Of a stretch of DNA of 64,000 nt, positions 57,416 to 64,000 are shown in pieces. The notes below the pieces were generated by a model. The model was not told where the DNA came from. It did not search any database and worked only from the letters and a program-made list of their open reading frames with translations. The first letter of the stretch is position 1; each line of letters starts with the position of its first letter. Made by a program: the position numbers and the translations under genes. Origin of the DNA: Phycisphaerales bacterium (GTDB lineage: Bacteria; Planctomycetota; Phycisphaerae; Phycisphaerales; UBA1924); assembly GCA_965227775.1 (NCBI GenBank), contig OZ245777.1, positions 384,001 through 448,000 of the forward strand. The letters run 5' to 3'.

Positions 57416-60400
57416 CTCGCCGCGATCTGTTCTCGCGAGCCGCTCGGGAGCAACCGCTTGCACAGCACATCGACCAAGGTTCTTCCCTGGCGGTACTGGT
57501 CGGGCGGCCGCCAGTAGATCTCGTGTAGGGGCCGTTGCGTGTCCGCGTCGCGGCGCTTCGCGCCGCCGCTGCTGGGCGTCAGGCTCGTGAGCGAACCAGC
57601 AACGCCCTCGAGCTTGTCGAGCACGGACCGAGGATCGGCGGCGAACAGGATGACATCGGCCCCGCGCACGGCGGCGCTGCTCACGCCCGCGCTCGCCAGC
57701 GCGACGCGTAGCTCGGCCAGGCTCAATAACCGCTCCACTTGACCCGGCGGCTTGCCGTACGCCTCGGCCAGATCCTCGCGCACGGCGTTGACCTCATCCA
57801 AGCTGCTGGCGAGCGCCATGCGGCGGTAGGCGGCCATGCGGCGCACATCGCCGGGGATGTAGCTCTCGGGAATGTACCCCTTCAGCCCAACATCGAGCGC
57901 GATGCGGCTGTGCGTGACGCTCCGCTGTCCTGTCATCTCCTGCACGGCCTGTTCCAACAACCGGCAGTACATGTCGTACCCCACCACCGCGATGTGGCCG
58001 GACTGCTCGGAGCCCAGCAAGTTGCCCGCGCCGCGGATCTCCAGGTCGCGCATCGCGATCTTGAAGCCCGCGCCGAGCATCGCATACTGCTCAACAGCCG
58101 CCAGCCGCTTCTTGGCGACCGCACTCAGGATGCCATCCTCGGGAAGCAACAGATAGCAGTACGCGCGTCGGCTCGATCGCCCGACGCGGCCGCGGAGCTG
58201 GTGCAGGTCGGCGAGCCCGAAGTTGTCCGCGTCGGCGATGATCATGGTGTTCGCGCTGGGCTGGTCGATGCCGCTCTCAATGATGGTGGTACTGACCAGG
58301 ATGTCCGCCTCGCGGCGCACAAACTTCAGCATGACCTCCTCGAGCTGACCGCCCGGCATCTGGCCGTGTCCCACCACGATGTCCGCCTCGGGCGCCAGCC
58401 CCTGCACCTCGGCGGCCCGCGACTTGATGTCCTTCACGCGGTTGTGGACGAAGAAGACCTGGCCCTCGCGCGCGAGCTCGCGGGCGATCGCCTGCTCGAT
58501 GCGGCGGCGATCGAACGGCATGACCTCCGTCACCACGCTCTGCCGTTCGGCTGGCGGTGTGGTCAGGCTCGAGATATCTCGCAGGCCCAGCATGGCCATG
58601 TGCAGCGTCCGCGGGATGGGCGTGGCGCTCAGTGTGAGCACATCTGCCTCGGTCCTGAGCCGCAGCAACTGCTCCTTGTGTTCGACGCCGAATCGCTGCT
58701 CCTCGTCGATGACGACCAGTCCAAGATCGCTGAAGCGCACGTCCTTGCTTAGGAGCCGGTGCGTGCCGATGATGACGTCGACCTCACCCTTGCGCAGGGC
58801 CTTGAGCGTGCTATTGGCCTCCTTCGTTGTCTTGTATCGTGAGATGCTCTCGACACGAAAGGGATACGCCGCGAAGCGCTCTCGAAACGTCCGCTCGTGC
58901 TGCTCGGCCAGCACCGTCGTCGGCACGAGCACGGCCACCTGCTTGCCAAACTCGACCGCCTTGAACGCCGCACGGATGGCAAGCTCGGTCTTGCCAAACC
59001 CAACATCGCCGCAGATGAGGCGGTCCATCGGCCGAGCGCTGGACATGTCTCGCTTGATGCTGCTGAGGGCTGCGAGCTGGTCGTCGGTCTCCTGATACGG
59101 AAACTCGGCCTCAAATTCCTTCTGCCACGTCGTATCGGCGGGGTAGGCGATACCCGGGCTGGCCTCGCGCGCGGCACGCACGCGCAGCAACTCGCCCGCG
59201 AGGTCCTTCACCGACTCGGCAACCTTCTCCTTCTGGTTCTTCCAGCGAGCCCCGCCCAACTGCGAGAGCGGTGGCGTGCCGCTGAACCCACCGACGTACT
59301 TCTGCACCAGATCGACCTGCGTCGCGGGCACATGCAGGCGGGCGCGATCCTTGAACTCGAGGGTCAGGAACTCCTCGACGTTGAAGTCGTTGGGTTTCTT
59401 TTTCTTACCCTTGGCCGCCTTTGCAATGTCGGTGCTCTTGCCCGAACCATCGATCTCCATGAGCGTCAGGCCCACGAACCGTGCGATGCCATGATCAGCG
59501 TGCACGACGTGGTCGCCCGGTGCGAAGTCGAGGAACGCGTCCACCGTGCGCGCACTCTTGATCCGCGCGTGCCGCCTGCGAACGGGCGCGCGGCCGAGCA
59601 TCTCGTGCAACGGCAGGACGGCGATGGTGTTGTCTTTCTCATCAACTCGCCGCCACACGAAGCCGTGGGCAATCGCGGCGTGCCAGGGCTCCAGGTTCTT
59701 CACCTTTGCCTCTTCCATGAGCTCGCCCAAGCGGCTGACTTCGCCCGGCGTGGCACACGGCACGAGCGCACGGGTGCGCTTATCGGCGGCCCACCGGCTT
59801 GCCGCGGCGATGACTTCGATCGCGCCGCCCGCGCCATCGGCCCTGAAGTCCGGTGGTCGCTCGACGGGAAGGCTCAGCTCGTCGGCATCGCCCGTGCTCG
59901 AGTACTGGTTCAGCTCCGCGAAGGCGTGCAGTCGCTCCTGGGCAAGCTTCACCACATTGGTGTGCGAGATGACGCCCGACTCGGCACGCACGCGTTCGAA
60001 GTAGCCGCGGCCCTGCTCGCTAACCTCGAGCGTCTCGACAAGCACACCGAACGCGTGCTCAGGGCAGTGCTCAACGAAGCACACGCCACTGCCCTGCGCC
60101 TGCTCGCCCTCGATGGCGGCTGGCAGGTCGACGGCGTCCATCGTCGTCACGCTGGCCAGGCTCTGCACGTCGATCTCGGCAATTCGATCAACCTCGTCAC
60201 CAAAGAAGTCGAGGCGCACCGGCACCGCAGCGTCTTGGTCGGCGCCGGGCGCCGCGGGAAAGACGTCGATGATGCCACCGCGCTGGGCGAACTGGCCGGG
60301 CTCGTCGACGGCGTCCACCCGGTCATAGCCGGCATCGCCCAGCCATCGGATCAGCTGGCCCGGGTCGACGCGATCGCTGCGCTGCACGCGTCGGCTGAGC

Positions 60401-60795
60401 CGTTCGAGTTGCTCGGCCGCGGGAGCCGGCTGCATCCACGCGTGGATCGACCCCACGATTGCGAACGGCGTGTCGGTCGCTCCCAGTTCTCTCGCCCGAC
60501 GCACGGCCGCGACACGCCCGGCGAGCGCTCGGGCCGACACGCCATCGGGTCCGGCCTCGATCGCCGGCAACTCGACGACCTCGAGGCCCACGCCTTCGAG
60601 TTCGTCGGCCGCGTGCTGGGCGTCTTCGACGTGGGCGTGGATGAGCACGACTGGCCGGCAGAGCCGCTGCGCGAGGGCCGCGACGGTGAAGCTCGGCGAC
60701 GCGCCGATGGCGCCGCGCACGCGCGGCCTTCCCTTGCCGCTCAGGGCATGGGCCAATTCGTCGAGTCCGCCGAGATCTGCGAGCAACTCGTGCAA
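57412..60795 (-). CDS. mfd: Transcription-repair coupling factor
   Basis: GDHVVHADHGIARF, CGDVGFGKTE, DEEQRFGV, SATPIPRTL, QLRGRVGR, DLEIRGAGNLLG. Confidence 0.98.
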   Translation of the reverse strand: MHELLADLGGLDELAHALSGKGRPRVRGAIGASPSFTVAALAQRLCRPVVLIHAHVEDAQHAADELEGVGLEVVELPAIEAGPDGVSARALAGRVAAVRRARELGATDTPFAIVGSIHAWMQPAPAAEQLERLSRRVQRSDRVDPGQLIRWLGDAGYDRVDAVDEPGQFAQRGGIIDVFPAAPGADQDAAVPVRLDFFGDEVDRIAEIDVQSLASVTTMDAVDLPAAIEGEQAQGSGVCFVEHCPEHAFGVLVETLEVSEQGRGYFERVRAESGVISHTNVVKLAQERLHAFAELNQYSSTGDADELSLPVERPPDFRADGAGGAIEVIAAASRWAADKRTRALVPCATPGEVSRLGELMEEAKVKNLEPWHAAIAHGFVWRRVDEKDNTIAVLPLHEMLGRAPVRRRHARIKSARTVDAFLDFAPGDHVVHADHGIARFVGLTLMEIDGSGKSTDIAKAAKGKKKKPNDFNVEEFLTLEFKDRARLHVPATQVDLVQKYVGGFSGTPPLSQLGGARWKNQKEKVAESVKDLAGELLRVRAAREASPGIAYPADTTWQKEFEAEFPYQETDDQLAALSSIKRDMSSARPMDRLICGDVGFGKTELAIRAAFKAVEFGKQVAVLVPTTVLAEQHERTFRERFAAYPFRVESISRYKTTKEANSTLKALRKGEVDVIIGTHRLLSKDVRFSDLGLVVIDEEQRFGVEHKEQLLRLRTEADVLTLSATPIPRTLHMAMLGLRDISSLTTPPAERQSVVTEVMPFDRRRIEQAIARELAREGQVFFVHNRVKDIKSRAAEVQGLAPEADIVVGHGQMPGGQLEEVMLKFVRREADILVSTTIIESGIDQPSANTMIIADADNFGLADLHQLRGRVGRSSRRAYCYLLLPEDGILSAVAKKRLAAVEQYAMLGAGFKIAMRDLEIRGAGNLLGSEQSGHIAVVGYDMYCRLLEQAVQEMTGQRSVTHSRIALDVGLKGYIPESYIPGDVRRMAAYRRMALASSLDEVNAVREDLAEAYGKPPGQVERLLSLAELRVALASAGVSSAAVRGADVILFAADPRSVLDKLEGVAGSLTSLTPSSGGAKRRDADTQRPLHEIYWRPPDQYRQGRTLVDVLCKRLLPSGSREQIAAS

Positions 60796-60816
60796 GCGGG
60801 AGAAAATCTTAGGTCG

Positions 60817-61281
60817 CTACTTTGGCTCGCCTGCCGGCTCGATGCGCACGTACGGACGAACCCCTTCCACGGTCGCTGGGCCGATGCCGCGGACGCGCGC
60901 GAGGTCCTCAACCGTGCGGAAGGGGCCTTGCGAATCTCGGCTCTCGATGATCGCGGCCGCTCGTGATGGGCCGATGCCCGGCAGCAGCTGGAGTTGGTCG
61001 GCCGTCGCCGTGTTGACGTCGATCATCATGCCCGCGGCCGGCGCCGGCTTCGGCGCGTACGGAGGAGCGGCTGTCTGGGCGGAGGAGGCGGGATCGGCCA
61101 TCGCAGGCTCAACCGGCGTCCCCGTGCGCGGCTCGATCTGCTGCGGCACGAACACCACCGGCCGCGGCGGCGGCGTTGGTCTTGTTGCAAGTCCGTAGCC
61201 GACGCCGGCAAGACCAACACCGGAGATGAGCAGCGCCGCGACCCAGCGGGCGCTCTGCGGCGAGGGCGCTGCGCCTGTCAC
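60817..61281 (-). CDS. comEA: ComEA-family helix-hairpin-helix DNA-binding protein
   Basis: N-terminal TM; IDVNTATADQLQLLPGIGPSRAAAII..GPFRTVEDLARVRGIG. Confidence 0.92.
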   Translation of the reverse strand: MTGAAPSPQSARWVAALLISGVGLAGVGYGLATRPTPPPRPVVFVPQQIEPRTGTPVEPAMADPASSAQTAAPPYAPKPAPAAGMMIDVNTATADQLQLLPGIGPSRAAAIIESRDSQGPFRTVEDLARVRGIGPATVEGVRPYVRIEPAGEPK

Positions 61282-62924
61282 GTCGTCGCACCCGGTGAGT
61301 GGCCAGCCCGGACTGACTCACGCAGCCGGGCGAGCGCATCGAACGCCGGTCGGGCCGCGCCGGACGAATCAACCAGGCCCGCGCCGCCTTTCGTGCGCGC
61401 GGAGTCTTGCGCGAGCCCCCAGCAGATCGAGTGCACATAGGGCTTCGCAGCCGCCACCGGCAGCACGCGATCGATCCAGTCCGCCTGGACGGCCGGGCTC
61501 CAGGGCCCATCCCACTCGCCGCTCTCGCCATTGGTATCGACGGGCGAGGACGGGCACGCAGCAAAGGTCACGGAGATCGGCCGATCCATCGCCGCATAGC
61601 TGTCGAGTACTTCAGAGAACGCCATCGCATCGCGCACGGCCGCGGCGGTCGTGGCATCGGTCAAGTCGAAACGCAGGCCGATGGCGTCGAGGTGCGTCCC
61701 GCTCTGAGCGAAGAGCTCGGCGAGTAGTAACGGAGGCACCGACCGCTTCGACCGAGCGGCATACTGCGCGAACGGGTCTGCGATCTCCACCTGCACGCGA
61801 GCCTGTGATTGAAGTTTGCGCGTCACCATCGCCGCCACGCGTAAGAGATCTGCGATCTGCTCGAATCTAAGGAACAACGCGCCCTCGACACCGAGCGAGC
61901 TCGCGAGCGTCCACCACTGCACGGTGCGCCGGTAGCGCGTTACGACCTGCCGCATGTGCTCGTACACGAGCTCGCGCAGCGTGTCGTAGTCGTTCTCCCA
62001 GATGAACAGCCACTCGGGGAGCCGACCGGGCGCCAAATCGAGCACCGGACCGGCGACGACCGGCAGCTTCCCCTTACGCACGGCCCACTCGATCCAGCGA
62101 TCGGTCGCGGCGTACTGGTACTTGCCCTCGGCCGGCTCGATGGCCGACCACGGCATGGGCACGGTGATGAAGTCCGCCGTCTTGGCGATTGCTGACTGGG
62201 CTGGCACCTCGAAGCTCAACGGATCGACGGCGCACCCCACGCGCGACACACCGGCAAGCGTCACGCCGTGGGCCTCGGGCGCCTTGACGACCGCGATGGG
62301 CTTGTTCGCGGGTCGTCCGATCGAACGCTCGGCGCGCTCGACGGCGTCGTTGAACCAAGAGCCGTCGGCTCGGGCTGTCAGCCCGCGGCGAGTTGCCTCG
62401 GCCACGAGGAGCTCGCTCGCCTCCAGCGCGTCTCGCAGCGCACGGCGCGACTTCTCGTCGGCGGCGGCGATGGCGGGGTCGTCGGCCGAGAGGTCATCGT
62501 TCTGCAGGCTGCGCCACGAGACGAGCGCGGCCGAGAAGTCCTCCCGCGCTCGCTCGAAAGTCTGCAGCGCCGCATGCTCCGCCGGCAGCATCGCCAGGTT
62601 CCACTCCTCAAGCGCGTTCAGGAAGCGCATCAACTGCTTGCGAGCTAACTCGAGCGGTAGCAGATAGGGACGCTCACGCTGGGGCAGCAGCGTGGTGGTC
62701 AGCAGCGTCTTGCGATCGGCTCCGGCCCCGCCCTCACCCAAGCCCAGCGGGAACAGAATCTCGAGCGACACCGTGCCCGGATTGCTCGGCGCCACGGTCA
62801 GCACACCGTGGTCGATGCGGATCTCGCCCGGGGCGGTTGCGCCGTCGGTCGCCACGATGCCCGCGTGGGCCAGCGGCCAGCCATCGGCCGGCTTCCCATC
62901 GCGATGCACGAAGAACTTCAGCAT
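61278..62924 (-). CDS. GH10-like TIM-barrel protein lacking catalytic glutamates
   Basis: WSAIEPAEGKYQY..DRWIEWA, VVTRYR, LDAIGL; start MLKFFVHRDG. Confidence 0.75.
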   Translation of the reverse strand: MLKFFVHRDGKPADGWPLAHAGIVATDGATAPGEIRIDHGVLTVAPSNPGTVSLEILFPLGLGEGGAGADRKTLLTTTLLPQRERPYLLPLELARKQLMRFLNALEEWNLAMLPAEHAALQTFERAREDFSAALVSWRSLQNDDLSADDPAIAAADEKSRRALRDALEASELLVAEATRRGLTARADGSWFNDAVERAERSIGRPANKPIAVVKAPEAHGVTLAGVSRVGCAVDPLSFEVPAQSAIAKTADFITVPMPWSAIEPAEGKYQYAATDRWIEWAVRKGKLPVVAGPVLDLAPGRLPEWLFIWENDYDTLRELVYEHMRQVVTRYRRTVQWWTLASSLGVEGALFLRFEQIADLLRVAAMVTRKLQSQARVQVEIADPFAQYAARSKRSVPPLLLAELFAQSGTHLDAIGLRFDLTDATTAAAVRDAMAFSEVLDSYAAMDRPISVTFAACPSSPVDTNGESGEWDGPWSPAVQADWIDRVLPVAAAKPYVHSICWGLAQDSARTKGGAGLVDSSGAARPAFDALARLRESVRAGHSPGATT

Positions 62925-62999
62925 CCGCCAGCGTCTCTCCAAGGGGCCTGGGCCGTCCGTCCGGGCCTCGTCTTGGGCCGCGCCCACTACCATACGGCC

Positions 63000-63950
63000 A
63001 TGCCGACCGCCGAGCCGACCCAGGGGGCCACGATAGCCCAGACCCGCCTGAACCTCCCGCTGCTGCACCGCGGCAAGGTTCGCGAGGTGTACGCCCTGGC
63101 CGACGATCGTGTTGCCATTGTCGCGACCGACCGGCTGTCGGCCTTCGACGTCGTCTTGCCCACCGCCATCCCGGGCAAGGGCCGCGTGCTTACCGCGCTC
63201 TCGGCCTGGTGGTTCAGATGGCTGCACGAGCGCGGGCTTGGCCCGACGCACTTCCTGGGCGACGACGCCAGCCTTCCTGCGGCCGCGTTTGATCTCGATG
63301 GGGCGACCGATCCTGCGCACCTGCAAGGGCGCACCACCATCGCGCGGCGCGGCGAGATCATCAAGCTCGAGTGCGTCGTGCGCGGCTACCTCGAGGGATC
63401 GGGCTGGAAGGACTACAAGGAAACCGGCAGCGTCAGCGGCGTGCAACTGCCGACCGGACTGAAGCAGTGCGACCGTCTGCATGAGCCAATCTTCACGCCG
63501 AGCACCAAGGCCGAGCCGCCCGAGCACGACGAGCCAATCTCGGTTGAGAAGGCGTCGGCATTCCTCGGCGCCGACCTCGTGCACGACCTGCGAGATCGCT
63601 CGCTGGCAGTGTACAAGGCCGCCCAGGATCACGCCGCCGATCGGGGCATCTTGCTGGCGGACACCAAGTTCGAGTTCGCATTCCCGCTTGATACGGTGAA
63701 GGGCTCACGAGAGCCGATGCTGGCCGACGAGGTGCTCACGCCCGACAGCTCGCGCTTCTGGCCGGCAGAGGGCTACGAACCCGGGCACGCCCAGCCGAGC
63801 TTCGACAAGCAATTCGTTCGCGAATACCTCATGGAACTCGTCAAGAACGGTGCGTGGGACAGGAGCAACCCGGGGCCACAATTGCCGCCCGAGGTCGTCA
63901 AGCAAACCACCCAGCGGTACGAGACCGCGCTGCGATTGCTCACGGCCTGA
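63000..63950 (+). CDS. purC: SAICAR synthetase
   Basis: RGKVREVY, TDRLSAFD, ECVVRGYLEGSG, FTPSTK, ADTKFEF, DEVLTPDSSRFW, SFDKQFVR. Confidence 0.97.
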   Translation: MPTAEPTQGATIAQTRLNLPLLHRGKVREVYALADDRVAIVATDRLSAFDVVLPTAIPGKGRVLTALSAWWFRWLHERGLGPTHFLGDDASLPAAAFDLDGATDPAHLQGRTTIARRGEIIKLECVVRGYLEGSGWKDYKETGSVSGVQLPTGLKQCDRLHEPIFTPSTKAEPPEHDEPISVEKASAFLGADLVHDLRDRSLAVYKAAQDHAADRGILLADTKFEFAFPLDTVKGSREPMLADEVLTPDSSRFWPAEGYEPGHAQPSFDKQFVREYLMELVKNGAWDRSNPGPQLPPEVVKQTTQRYETALRLLTA

Positions 63951-64000
63951 CCTGCAAAAGCCGGCCTACTTCACCTCTCGCTGGATCTGCTCGGTGCGAC

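Noticed and set aside
58897..60966. Long alternative-frame ORFs here and elsewhere (e.g. 300-1595, 17628-19118 upstream part, 53298-55073, 45063-46544)
   Set aside because: Stop-poor shadows of well-supported genes in a high-GC genome, with no domain motifs.

Overview
GC-rich chromosomal window from a planctomycete, most likely Phycisphaerales (inferred from C-terminal 'GC-type' dockerin-like anchors, PAP-type PEP-CTERM-like tails, a CxxCGYDL zinc-ribbon membrane protein and a squalene-cyclase-repeat/DUF4175-like operon). The backbone is housekeeping: mutL, ftsY, nusB, ribH, guaA, rsmE, bamD/lptE-like, ftsH, groES/groEL, thiolase, mlaE and mlaD/mlaF, cysteine desulfurase, mfd, comEA, purC. 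I saw no rRNA, tRNA, CRISPR array or transposase. Highlights: (1) a >1100-aa LRR-Roc-COR (Roco) gene that the ORF track missed because it runs off the left edge, with 17-18 near-identical 75-bp LRR units and a C-terminal membrane helix; (2) divergent from it, an 870-aa protein with nine tandem MerR/Xis-like winged-HTH modules fused to a degenerate HNH and an AP2 domain; (3) a 397-aa almost uncharged FG-repeat protein resembling nucleoporin/prion-like low-complexity domains; (4) one sigma-28-like promoter motif (5-nt box ending in AG, N15, NYCGAWNN) upstream of flagellin, the HTH-array gene, the FG gene and an acidic membrane-anchored disordered protein, suggesting an undescribed co-regulated set; (5) a likely dead GxxExxY nuclease with RGG and acidic tails; (6) four dockerin-anchored secreted proteins; (7) many apparently leaderless genes. 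All functional calls come from motif recognition by eye; no searches were run.
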